From Antechinus flavipes (taxonomy: Eukaryota), in contig NC_067399.1 of assembly GCF_016432865.1 (NCBI RefSeq), positions 578,894,001 to 578,958,000 of the forward strand: a stretch of 64,000 bases of DNA. The letters run 5' to 3'. Below the pieces are notes generated by a model. That model saw nothing but the letters and a program-made list of their open reading frames with translations. It was not told the origin of the DNA and did no database searches. The position numbers and the translations under genes are program-made. This document shows positions 25,601 to 35,890 of this stretch, in pieces (the first letter of the stretch is position 1; each line of letters starts with the position of its first letter).

Positions 25601-28600
25601 CTAGCAGAAACAACAAAAAAAGATGGCTGTCTACTTATATTTTTTAATTTTCTGACAATGTAGATTTGAGTATCCTATGAATTTATTTTTCTTAGATTGT
25701 TGTTTATCTAAATTTATCAGAGTCTGAAACTGAACTCATCTTCTATATATAAACCTGGTCTTCCTACAGAATTCTTTATTTCTTTTGATAAGACCACTTT
25801 TCTCCACATATACTTGTCAGTTCATCTTCCATGGTGTCTTTCAGATCTGTTTTCCTTCTTTTTGCTCACACTGCCACCTTCCTAGTTCAGATCCTCAACA
25901 CTTTTTACATAGACTATTCTAATACTTTCTTAATTGACTGTTATGCCCTCTACTCCATCTGTCACACAACTGGCAAAATAACTTTCCTGGTATACAGGCT
26001 TGGAGCTCCCTGTTGTGTAGATAGGCCAAGGAATTAGTAATTTATTGTGTCATTTAGTGTCCTCTACAGCAGGTGTCTGTGTGTATTTGTGTTTCTCTCC
26101 ATTTTATTCCATTATAAAAGTAACATTTTGGTCTGTCAGACTAAATGTGACCTTTTTTCTTCCCCCCCTTCCCCTCGGACTAGAAAGCACTAATTATTTT
26201 ATGTTTAATCTTTTCTAGGTATATTACTTGACTTATGTGCTTCTGCACTTAGTCAATGAAGTCAGTGCCTATTCTTTCCCTTTTCAACGAAGGGTAAGGG
26301 ATCTTTATTATTTTTAATGTAGTTTTTATAAGGATAAGTAGATTCATTTTGCATGTAGAAAAATTTACCAAAAGTTAACTTGATTTGACTTGACATTTTT
26401 TTATTTTATGCATTTAAAAACATTTTAAGATTGAATACGTGTAACCAATAGCAAATTGCTTGCTGTCTCTTGGAGGGAAAAAATGAAGGAAAGAGAAAAA
26501 ATTTGAAACTCAAATTTCTTTAAATGTTTGTTTAAAAGTAGTTTTACATGTAATTGGGAGGGGAATAAAATCTCTTTTTTAAAAATAAAAAATAAATAGA
26601 CAGGGGAAATGTGTAATTTGTTCAGAGTTTAAAAAAAAATACTAAACCGACAATGATCAATTTTTTTATCCCCAAATACATGCAAAAACAGTTTTTTAAC
26701 ATTCACCTTTACTAAACCTCATATTCTAAATTCTTCTCTCTCCTTTTCCCCCTCCTCCTCCCCCCCACCCCCAGATATCAAGAAATCCAAGATAGGTTAA
26801 ACATGCAGTTCTTCTAAATATTTCCAAATTCATCATGTTGCACAAAAAAAATCAGATGAAAAGAGGAGGAAAAAAAAAACCTAAAAGACAGAAAAAAAAA
26901 AAAAAAAAACAACCTGATATGGTTTTAAAAAAAAATTTTTTTTGAGAAGGGATCCAGGAGTTTTACATAACTTCCCAAAGATTCCATGACTTAAAAAAGG
27001 TTTAGAGCCCCAGTTTTAGAATTGGGCACAAAACATCAAATGGTGAAGTAATCTTATGAGAAAATCAGTTCTGTAACAGTTAATTTCTTGTGATTAGTAG
27101 TATCCTGTTGTTTAGTACATGCTAATATTCCTTAACACTAAAATTTAACTCAGTATTTTCCTGTCAAGGAAATAGTGGTGTTCATAAATTTTGACTTAAG
27201 TCTGAGTCTAGTTGAAATATTTTACCCTTTTATAAAGGCTATTGATGTTCACAAAAATAAACAAATGTGTCCATAGTAGCTTGGTAAACTTCAATCTCTT
27301 TACTTTTGTGATTTAGGCATGATGAACATTATAATTTAATCATTAGTCTTTAATAAGTTTGTATGCATTATTAAATTCTTTTTTAAAAAAAATTCAACTT
27401 AGAAGCTAAAGCTAATTTCCCAAGGAATTCAGTATGATAGGTCTTTTATCAATAAAAGCTTGTTTTGTTTCTGGAGGAAAACAGGTTGTCTATTGAAGCT
27501 TGAATATTCCTTAGAGAGTGGGCTAAAACACTTCTCATATTTCTGAGGAATTCAGCACCTACCCTGAGCTCTAGATCTACTTTTCATTAATGCCCCCATG
27601 GATAAGAGCTATTTAGAATTACTACTTTTATTTTTGGCTATTTTTCTATTTTAACTAGCAAGAAACCATAATAGCCCTATTGTCTTGGTAGTCACTGCTT
27701 TCACTGATAGAACAGAGTTTGGATATGATTGTTTTGGCTGATTAACATTAGAAATTGAAAACTAAGGGATGATAGATTTGGAAATGATTATCAGTTGGTT
27801 TGGCTGACTCTGAACTTTGCATTTTTTGATAGTTTATAATGCTTCATAGTTAATTTGTTTTAAATCCCTTTTCTTTGTTTCATGTAGAAATATTTGCTAC
27901 AACTCTGTGGTTCTCTGGAGAAGCATATAAAGTGTTATATCAAAGAAGATGCAAGGTTTTTTCATAGGACAAAGGTAAATGTGAATGTTCTTTCTTAATA
28001 AATGATAAAGGACACTTTACTTTAAAAATATGTGTTTATGTTCATTAAAAACTTAAGGCATATTCTTGAATCTCAAATCCATGTTTAGTGGCAACTTGAA
28101 CTTAATATTTTGTTGTTTCTTATATTTTGGATAGTCTGAAATAATGTGATAATGTGTATTATATGTATAACTTTCACATCCTAAATTAAAATCTATCCAG
28201 GGTAGGAGTGGTCACTTGAATCTAGTACATTTTTATTTTATTAATTGAAATAGCTTAGTAACAGATGTGTATTTTTGTATTAAGTTACAGATTTTCAAAT
28301 ACCTGTTGGAAATAGTTCTTAGTACTAGAATAGAAAGCCCTGGTTTCAGAAATACATTCTTTTGAACACTTACTAGAGTTACTGGTCCGTAGAACCTTGT
28401 GATTGTTGTTGACAGACAGATTCAAAGAGGACCACCCAGCGGCTTTTTTGAAGTGGAGGGTCTGAGTCCAAGTTGGTGCCAGAAGCCGCTGTTTTATTTA
28501 CTCAGAGTGGAGAGTGACAGAAGTGGTCTAGGGAATTGCTTCAGAGGATGGTCTTGTTGAAATGGAAGTTTCATGCTTTCTCTTAAGTAAGTTAAGGGAA

Positions 28601-30212
28601 AGTAGCAACTTATTTAAGTGAAATTGAATCTACTGAATTCCAGATGCCAAAAAAAGTTCCATTCCTGAACTGAAAGACAACTACAAAAAGTAGTCTTACA
28701 TTAATCTTGTTTAAGTAGTTAAAACTTTTCCCAGAAGTCAGTTGCTGATTAACAATATTTGTATGAGGATTTAAAAGAATGTATCATTTTCATTCTGGTA
28801 CAGTGATCTGCACAGAGACTGATCAAACATGTACATTCTCAATATGGAGAGAAAAAAACACAGTATTTAGAGTGCTTTTAGTACTAGAAAGAACCTGAAC
28901 CTTTTTAAGCTGGAGCTGGGGCAGCTTGGGAGATCATCCAAGGTGGGCCATAAGCAAAGGTATCTATTAAAATGAGTTTTTTGTTTTTGTTTTAAAGGTA
29001 GTAGATTTAGTTGCCATCATACATGGAAAATGGCAAGACATGATCCATAATTCTCAGCCTATTCAGGTAACATTTCAACATGTGATTCCTTTTTTCTTAA
29101 TGCTGAATACTTTGTGTGCTTTGAATATAAATATATATAATATATTGCTTATATTATGCTTTGTTATAGCTTATTACTTAAATGATGATTCACTGTATCA
29201 GGGTTTTTTGCTTTTGGGGGGGGGGGGAATAGTGCATAAGGGAATACTTTAAAATTATGTTGCTGAAAGTACATATAATGGGTATTAAAAACCAGGTGCA
29301 TTTAAATTGCATTTCACTGAAAGGATTTTTTTTTTTTTTTTAAATAAAGATCATACTTAAGCACTTTGTTGTAAGTTCTGTTCAAGGAAGCCTTGCCATA
29401 ATTGCTTAATGCCTAACTATCTGGTGTGAGATTATCTGGGTTCACCTAGATTATATTGAAATCGTAGGAATGCTAAAGGGAGTCTTCAGAGATAAAGACA
29501 AAGGAAAAGTGAGCTCATATTATCTGACGTGTAGATGCTTTTAATATCGCTGCTGTTATTAATTAGGTGACCTAACAAGGCATGCATTTCCTTGTAGACA
29601 AAAGCCTTTGTATATTTAACCAGTATTCTCATAAGAAAAGTGGCAAAATGTTTTACTGCTTCTTCACTTTCTAAGTTTTTATCTTTTGACACAGCAATTA
29701 GGGTCAAGTGACTTGTGCACCAAGAGATATTTAGTTTGAAGTGTCTAAGGCTAGTTTGAACTCATGTCTTCCTCACTCCAGGACCAGTATTCTATTCACT
29801 GTGCAATCTAGCTGCCCCAACTTTTTAACTTCTAATAGTTTTTTTTTTCTTTCTTTTAAGATCAACAGTACATATACTAAATTAGCATTAATACAGATGG
29901 GAATTTATTTCCAAAGATTCGTGTTAATCCACTTAGCATTTTGCTTAATGTGCTTACTGTGCTTCTTTGTATATTATGGTGCCAAGTAAAACAAAGTGTT
30001 CATAGCATGTACCTCTATTATTAGACTACCACAACTTGAGGATGGACACCAATTACTCTAAAGTTGTAAGGAGGCAGTATAATATCACACTTACTGCATT
30101 CATCTTTATCTTCAAAGCACTTAATTTGCTTAATCTGCCAAAGCTTTTCTTCACTCAACTTCCTATTTCTTTTTAGGGAAAACTGCATGACTTCTGGGTA
30201 CCAGATTCATAA
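1156..30212 (+). CDS. SLF2: SLF2 (FAM178A), SMC5-SMC6 complex localization factor 2; 5'-partial. join(1156-1652,2589-2659,3874-3996,4819-4986,5989-6091,9659-9734,10872-11010,17146-17251,17683-17859,18964-19061,19583-19670,20700-20831,26219-26293,27888-27974,28998-29066,30177-30212)
   Basis: 16 GT-AG exons with consistent phases. The translation contains recognisable SLF2 segments ([50 protein letters not shown]) and ends [11 protein letters not shown]. Synteny with SEMA4G-MRPL43-TWNK. Exon numbers 5-20 assume the 20-exon human structure. Confidence 0.96.
1743..1870 (+). mobile_element. WSINE1-like CORE-SINE (internally deleted)
   Basis: ggggcagctagatagtgcagtggatag head; ggcaagtcacttaagcccaattgc end. 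Confidence 0.75.
2290..2420 (+). mobile_element. Old L1 3' end fragment
   Basis: gattgcttgctgtcttgggaagggggag...gaaaaatttggaac...aataaaa, typical of marsupial L1 3'UTRs. Confidence 0.6.
2589..2659 (+). CDS. SLF2: SLF2 exon 6 ([24 protein letters not shown])
   Basis: tgtag|ATA ... AG|gttagc; 71 nt, phase 0 to 2, fits both neighbours. Confidence 0.85.
3874..3996 (+). CDS. SLF2: SLF2 exon 7 ([19 protein letters not shown]...EEHR)
   Basis: cctag|G ... AG|gtaaaa; 123 nt, phase 2 to 2. Confidence 0.92.
4819..4986 (+). CDS. SLF2: SLF2 exon 8 ([23 protein letters not shown]...DLILK)
   Basis: atag|G ... AA|gtaaga; 168 nt; ORF 4802-4990. Confidence 0.94.
5989..6091 (+). CDS. SLF2: SLF2 exon 9 ([16 protein letters not shown]...KWLFQ)
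   Basis: long poly-T tract, gcag|A ... CAG|gtgaga; 103 nt. Confidence 0.94.
6300..7120 (-). mobile_element. L2 LINE fragments
   Basis: cagcatttattaagtacctgcaatgtactggc (L2 3' end, antisense) plus purine-rich L2-like body. Confidence 0.55.
7218..7684 (+). mobile_element. Young 5'-truncated L1 (ORF2 tail + 3'UTR + A tail) with 18-bp TSD
   Basis: TSD agaaat(g/t)agtttagagat at 7200-7217 and 7685-7702; G-rich tract, AATAAA and A-rich tail. Confidence 0.9.
7797..8040 (+). mobile_element. MAR1/MIR-type CORE-SINE
   Basis: ggcagctag...gtggatagagtgcc head; CORE; gaatggcaaaccacccagttatctttgtcaagaaaac tail. Confidence 0.7.
9659..9734 (+). CDS. SLF2: SLF2 exon 10 ([25 protein letters not shown])
   Basis: gacag|ATG ... 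G|gtaagt; 76 nt. Confidence 0.94.
9890..10085 (-). mobile_element. MIR/CORE-SINE (antisense)
   Basis: acaatcctgtgaagtaggtgctgttatt...tgaggaaactaag...ccactgtgcctccagctgcc. Confidence 0.7.
10872..11010 (+). CDS. SLF2: SLF2 exon 11 ([25 protein letters not shown]...)
   Basis: ctag|AT ... TT|gtaagt; 139 nt; ORF 10826-11014. Confidence 0.94.
12860..13017 (-). mobile_element. Young WSINE1 with perfect 16-bp TSD
   Basis: TSD ctcccatagattcttt at 12844-12859 and 13018-13033; poly-T tail; near-consensus antisense body ending ...ctagctgcccc. Confidence 0.92.
13434..13634 (-). mobile_element. Young L1 3'UTR fragment with 16-bp TSD, nested in an older antisense L1 3' end (about 13380-13770)
   Basis: TSD ttcaacattcattttt at 13418-13433 and 13635-13650; reverse complement closely matches 7450-7660. 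Confidence 0.88.
17146..17251 (+). CDS. SLF2: SLF2 exon 12 (...[11 protein letters not shown])
   Basis: tttag|T ... AAG|gtaaga; 106 nt. Confidence 0.9.
17683..17859 (+). CDS. SLF2: SLF2 exon 13 ([18 protein letters not shown]...IRDWDTK)
   Basis: ttaag|TTT ... AAG|gtaaga; 177 nt. Confidence 0.93.
18964..19061 (+). CDS. SLF2: SLF2 exon 14 ([33 protein letters not shown])
   Basis: ttcag|ATG ... AG|gtattt; 98 nt. Confidence 0.95.
19583..19670 (+). CDS. SLF2: SLF2 exon 15 ([29 protein letters not shown])
   Basis: tttag|G ... CAG|gtatga; 88 nt. Confidence 0.93.
20700..20831 (+). CDS. SLF2: SLF2 exon 16 ([20 protein letters not shown]...DLEQQ)
   Basis: ggtag|ATG ... CAG|gtatgt; 132 nt. Confidence 0.94.
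21588..22139 (+). mobile_element. Solo LTR (552 bp) of an endogenous retrovirus, 6-bp TSD
   Basis: Starts TGTTAT, ends ATTACA; TSD GGTGGC at 21582-21587 and 22140-22145; AATAAA at 22014-22019. Confidence 0.88.
22503..22600 (+). mobile_element. WSINE1 with internal deletion, inserted in L1
   Basis: ggggcagctaag head fused to gcaagtcacttaaccccaattgcctc; A tail; imperfect TSD aagatct(c/t)tt. Confidence 0.8.
24570..25055 (+). mobile_element. Older L1 ORF2 3' end and 3'UTR
   Basis: cccaaagaaatcataaaagagg...tttacatgaactgatggtgagtgaagcaagcagaaccagg. Confidence 0.75.
26219..26293 (+). CDS. SLF2: SLF2 exon 17 ([25 protein letters not shown])
   Basis: tctag|GTA ... AGG|gtaagg; 75 nt. Confidence 0.92.
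26440..26880. mobile_element. Two L1 3'-end fragments in opposite orientations
   Basis: ttgcttgctgtc...aaatttgaaactcaaa...aataaaa (+) followed by ccccaaatacatg...aacattcacc...aaaaaaatcagatg (-). Confidence 0.55.
27888..27974 (+). CDS. SLF2: SLF2 exon 18 ([29 protein letters not shown])
   Basis: tgtag|AAA ... AAG|gtaaat; 87 nt. Confidence 0.94.
28998..29066 (+). CDS. SLF2: SLF2 exon 19 ([23 protein letters not shown])
   Basis: taaag|GTA ... CAG|gtaaca; 69 nt. Confidence 0.93.
30177..30212 (+). CDS. SLF2: SLF2 last coding exon ([11 protein letters not shown])
   Basis: pyrimidine tract, ttttag|GGA; TAA at 30210-30212. Confidence 0.95.
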   Translation, partial: GKLHDFWVPDS

Positions 30213-31196
30213 TTGAAATAGCTAAAATGTTGACCCAAGAGAAATTGAACAGGACAAGAACCTTTCCTGAAAATGTGGAAAATGTAGATTATAGACTTAT
30301 AGAAACATTTGCATGGGGAGACAGACAAGTAATGTGCCATTTGTATCTGGACTCTACAAGAGAATGTAAATTATGAGCCTTAAATGGGGATTGTCTGATC
30401 CCTTTACAGGAGATACTAAAACTAGGACTTGGTTCCCACAAATCTGATATTATAGTGTGTTATGTATGAATGTACTTTAAAAATTTTTTTCATCAAATCA
30501 CTGATTTATTATGTGTTGTCAAGTTTCCTAAAGTCCTGAATTGAAGTGCTGAGAAATATGGATAGATTTGCCAAGGTCATGTATGTTGCTGTCCTTTTGT
30601 ATACCCCTAGATTTAATCATTTATAGGGTGTGTGGGCTTGAGAACAATTCATTCCACTTGAAAATCACAAAATTCTCTTAATGTTTAAAACACTTGTTTG
30701 CTAGCCTTTGGTTAACATTTCTATTAATGTTCTGGTGAGCCAAAAGGCCTTTGATAGTAACAAACTATTGACACTCTTAGTTTAACTAAAAGGCTTTTTT
30801 TTTTTTTTAAGTCAGTGTCTATTTTTGTGTATTTCTTAAAATTGAATGCCCCCTAAATGTTTGTATTATATTCTAAGTGACTCTAGTGAAACAGAGTAAT
30901 TCAAACAAAAAAATCTAGGGAGACAATTTTTTTTTTCTTTGCAATTTTTTTTTTTTTTTTTTTTTTTGGGAAAAACATTTGGTCACCACAAATGAATGCA
31001 TGGGGGGGGGGGGGGGGAATTTTCTGTGAGAATTACCATTGAAAAATTGGGTGGTTTAATTGACTCGTGTATTGGGGCAATTCACATTTCTGTGCCCTGG
31101 TCTAAGTTCAGCCTTCTTTGTAGAACAAAATTCTGCATCTTCATTCAGGAATCAAACCAATATGTTGTCTTCAGTCCTCCTCATTTTACATGCACA

Positions 31197-31330
31197 NNNN
31201 NNNNNNNNNNNNNNNNNNNNNNNNNNNNNNNNNNNNNNNNNNNNNNNNNNNNNNNNNNNNNNNNNNNNNNNNNNNNNNNNNNNNNNNNNNNNNNNNNNNN
31301 NNNNNNNNNNNNNNNNNNNNNNNNNNNNNN
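31197..31330. other. Assembly gap (134 N) inside the presumed SLF2 3'UTR
   Basis: Run of N. Confidence 1.
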
Positions 31331-32423
31331 CCTCCCTCTTCTCTTCTCTCTCACTTCCTATTAAAGTCCATTGGCAACTTTCCTTTTTTTTTATCTCTCT
31401 TCCTACCTCTTCAAGGTTTTATTATAAATGCCTGTTTTTAGGGGGGAAATGAAAAGATTTATTTAGATAAGGGTAAAGGCTCCTTGTTGCAGGATATATG
31501 TCTAAATATAAATATCATTCTCTTTTGATATTTTATTTGTAATTTTATGTGTTCATATTTTTCTCACTAACCATTGTATAAAGTGTACAAATTGCTGAGT
31601 ACATGAAATATATTTGATTTTGTGTAATTAGAGCATGTAAATAGTTTCTTATCATGTGCTTTAAAGGGACTGCATTGGATTGGTTAAGGAGGGAAAGATG
31701 GATTATTTAGATGTATATAAGCACTTTTTTAGTGCAGATTAAAGTACATAAACTGCTAGACCTATGACTTTTTAACCACTTTGGTAAACTTTTATTTAAA
31801 AATTTTCATAAAAATAAAATTTTTTTTACTTCAACATCTCTCATGGAAGAATTGATGCATAGGCCATTAAAAAAAGAAGAAAACAGGAAAATGAAGGTTA
31901 TAATTCTAAAATGGGCAGCTTGAATTCATTCTATAGGTCATAATAATAGTATATTAGTATATACATAGGACTCTACTACTGAAAGTTTTGGATTCTGTTT
32001 TAATACAAGTAGTCCTTTATTGATTCTTTGCAAAATCTATCTTAACACACACAGGCAAAAATTGACAGTCTGAAGAAGGCAGAAGGTAGGGCAGTACAAA
32101 AAAACGCTTCAGAAGTCCATCAGCTCCTGCCCCTGATGTTTGGTGGCCAGAGATCCCAAAATAGTGCGATGATTTTGCAAAGAATTAGAATTTGCTGAAG
32201 TGCAGGAATATAACAGTAATACTGGAACCTTTGTCTCTGAGTTTTGTTTCTAAGGCAAATCCTCCCAAAGAAACACTAATTGTAAAACCAGCAGCTTTTT
32301 TAATCTTTGTAAACAAAATTTGCCCCAGTTAATGCTGTTTGGCAAGATTAACCATGCCAGGAACTGTACTGTCTATTTAATTTCCTAAATAAGCTGAAGT
32401 TACTGTCCATATTGCAAAGAGAA

Positions 32424-32429
32424 AATAAA
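32424..32429 (+). terminator. Probable SLF2 poly(A) signal (3'UTR about 2.2 kb)
   Basis: AATAAA followed by U/GU-rich sequence (ttttttgttgttattgtg). Confidence 0.5.
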
Positions 32430-35400
32430 GATATTTATTTTTTTAAAAAAAATTGTTTTTGCTTATATGTAACTGACTTTCTAACTGATTTTTTGTTGTT
32501 ATTGTGCTTAATAGAAAATATAACTTCTTCTTGCTGAGATCATATTAATAATCTTTGTGGAAAAACTCATTTAGCATCATTGGCATTTGTATATTGTCTC
32601 CTGATGGCTGAGGAGAAGCTGTCAGAAAACATAAGGTGAGAGGTCAGGATGTATTAAGAAGTTTTTATTTGATTTTACCATTTCAGTAACAGGAAAGATG
32701 TTTTAAGTTTGATTTGCAGGTCAACCCCCAGAGGTCAGGTAGAAAATGGTAACTGAATTGGTATTAATTATTGATAAGAGCCCGAAGGTCAGTGGCTAGC
32801 ACAGTGCTTGCACATCTTTACTGCTTCTGGTGGATGTTCAAATTGAATTGAAGCTTACGTCATTATAAATAATATAAATGTAGTTCATGGAGAGAACAGT
32901 CCTGACCCTTGAGGAGCTCATAGTCTGATGAGGAAAAGGAGAGAACAAGCAAATAGTTCTGTGAACAAATGAGAAACAGAATTAATAATAGTACATACGT
33001 AAATTAATAATTAAGAGGTATTTAAAAAGGCTTTCCTTAGAAGATAGGATTTTCGTTGGGATTTGAAATAATTCATGGAATTGAAGGAAAGAAGCTGATT
33101 TTCTTTTTTTAAAGTACAAGAAGCCTTAATGACAAGAAAATAACCATTTACATATAGCTATGCCAGTGAATCAGGAATGTTTGGGAAGTCCTCTTAGGTT
33201 TCTGGTTTTATATCTCTGAATGTGGAGATATCTCAGATGGCAAATTAGATATAGCTGGTAAGTAGAGTTCTTTTTATTTATCATCAGTTTTCTTTCTCAT
33301 TGTGCTCTGCCTCTTTGACTTTATTTGCTCAATAGTTAAGCTGCCCAGAAGGGCATCCAGAAAGAATAAAACTTTTTTAGTAAGAAGTTTTTGCATTGCA
33401 CAGTGTTTAAAATACTTTGAGTATCTTACTTGATATTAAAAGCTTCATTTGTTTCAGTTTGAGCTTCTAACGTTTAATGGTAATGCTTCTATACCTCCCA
33501 CACTTTCGTGTGTGTGTGTGTGTTTGCGCGTGCTCATGCGCATCTGTTTGTATTTTATGCATCCTATTATCCTACCTTAACCCCCAACTTTTGCTTTAAG
33601 TTATTCAGTTCTTAACTATGTTAAGCCATGTGTTGGAATAATGTTTTTTCCAGATCTTGGGGAAGTGAATTGCAAATATGGTTTAAAATATTATTTTGAT
33701 AGCATTTGCATTTTTGTCTTTTTCCATTTACTGTAATCTAGTTTCTAGTAATTCCTAAGGGAAAATGTCCCCAGACATTGTCACTTTTTTTATCCTGTCT
33801 TTATCCGACCACTGTGCTTGACTATCTCCCCTAGGCCACTGTATTGACCAAGATTATCAGGAAAAAGAGACATTTTGGGATGTAGAAGACATTGGCATTA
33901 GAATTCCAGTAGCCTTTTACTACTTTAGTATTAGCTGTTTAACAAGAAGTTGAAAGGAAAACTATCAGCATCCACTCATTGAGAGAAGTTTCTTAACATA
34001 GTTCCAAATGTGACTACCAGAAACCTCAGTGTGCTATTAAATAGATTGTTGTGTCCAAGTATAAGGTTTTGTTTTGTTTTTTCCTTCTGGTTGTGTAACA
34101 AAATTTAATAGTAGGTGAGTTAGAAGCTGGGGAGATCAGCCCTGAAAAATACTCTTCACACCTTTCACAGCAGCTCTGACAATGAGTATGTCTGAATTTG
34201 AAGACATCTGCTATATGTTAATCAAAACACACTTACCAAAGGCAAATTAGAGGGATGGCTTAAAAGGAGGATACCATGGAACTGCAGGTTTGCTGTTATC
34301 TGAACTTACTGGTTCCAAATCTCACATCATTTCTACTAAAACTATAATGTGTTTCAATACTGTAGCAATCAGAAATTTAGGGGCAGGCTACCCAAATAAG
34401 TCTTCAGTTAAGAGAAATTATATATTCTCTGATTAGAAGGAGGGCAAGAAATGGCTATTGACAGTGAGCCCCATAGAAATGGGCCTGAACTCAGATTAAA
34501 AAGCAGAGACAAACTTGAAATTGAATTTGAACAGACTAATTAGACCTAGAAACTTGTAAGCAAAACTTGCAGAATGATAATGAAATAAGTCTGAGAATAT
34601 TGTAATCAAGACTGTCTCCACAAGGAGGCACTTAAACTCAACAGTAGCAAAAGATGTTAAAACCTTGTGGTTTCCTGTTGACAACTCAAAAGTAAAAGTC
34701 CTTCGGAAACAGTAAAGGAAAATACATCTAGAAATGAGAAGTTGTCTCATAAACCCTTGGCATCCCTTTTTCCACCCTAGAGTATCACTTAGGAGAGTTT
34801 CAGGGGAGGTTCACATTCTCACCTGGGAGAATAGAGGAAATGGGATCAGAGCAAAGTGGTTAATAATGTACAAAGGAAAGTTAAGACTAAGGAGAAGGAA
34901 GCTTCTTAGCTTTCAAAGTGCTCTTGAAGAAGACAGAACCTAAATGAAGTGAAAAATGGCTTAAAAGTGAGAAAGCACAAATTATTTAACACAGCCTCAC
35001 TTTCAAAATGCTTGATTGCTTACATAATATTTTCAAAGCCTTTTCATGTGATCCAAGTAACTCCTGAGTTGGTGTAGTAGAAAGAGAACACCTGATTCAA
35101 ATCCTGGCTCAGATAATTTATCGTATAATTTGACGTTTTACTTAATTTCCCTGAAATTTTCTGTTTGCAAAATGGGAACAGTATAAGTACTGTCACTTTC
35201 CACTTTCCAGGCTTAATGTGAGAAAAGCACTTGGACTATTTGTAGAAATGTCAGGTATTTCCCCCATTTTATAGAGGAGGGAAGAAATCCAAAGGGATTA
35301 ACTGATTCATTTGCACAATTAGGAATAGAGCTCAGTCTTTCTGAGTATGACCACAGAGTATTTTCCATCTCAAGAGATAGAGACAATATATTAAAAGGAT

Positions 35401-35649
35401 TTGATAGAGAAATAATCTGAGGAAAGTGGTAGCAATCAAGAGAAGCTTTTTAGAGGAAGTTGTTTTTAATAACTTATTTCCTATCTAGTGATCAAGCTTG
35501 GTTTTGTAATCAAATACAGTAATAGGCCTTAATCTACCTTAGTGGCAAACCCAATATAACTAAGCAAATATTCATTAGTGAATAAAGTAGATTTCCAGAT
35601 TTCCCTAAATTAAAAAAAAAAGAAAGGAAAAAGGCTGAAGTAAGAAGAG

Positions 35650-35890
35650 AGAAAAACAATTTTATTAAGCAACCATTACATTGCCAGGCACTGTATTAAA
35701 CAAGTTACAAGTATTGTTTGATTCTCACAACAACCATGTGCTTTTGCTATCATTTCCATTTTACAGTTGAGGAAAATGAGACAAGTTAAGTGATTTGGCC
35801 CACAAATCACATAGACAGTAAGTGTCTGAGGCTGGATTTGAACTCTTAATATTTCTGACTCCAAGCCTATCATCAATCTATCCACTCTGG
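35650..35890 (-). mobile_element. MIR/CORE-SINE (antisense)
   Basis: ttattaagcaaccattacattgccaggcactg...ttttacagttgaggaaaatgag...ggatttgaactc...tatccactctgg. Confidence 0.75.

Noticed and set aside
28381-28450. Y RNA-like start (CTGGTCCG) and T-run end
   Set aside because: The 3' end lacks the TTGACTAG-type complement and the internal Y RNA motifs; not called as ncRNA.
30996-31452. ORFs spanning the N run
   Set aside because: Artefacts of the assembly gap.
32164-32203. Box C/D-like motifs (gatgat...ctga) in the SLF2 3'UTR
   Set aside because: Imperfect box C, too short, no terminal stem, and exonic rather than intronic.
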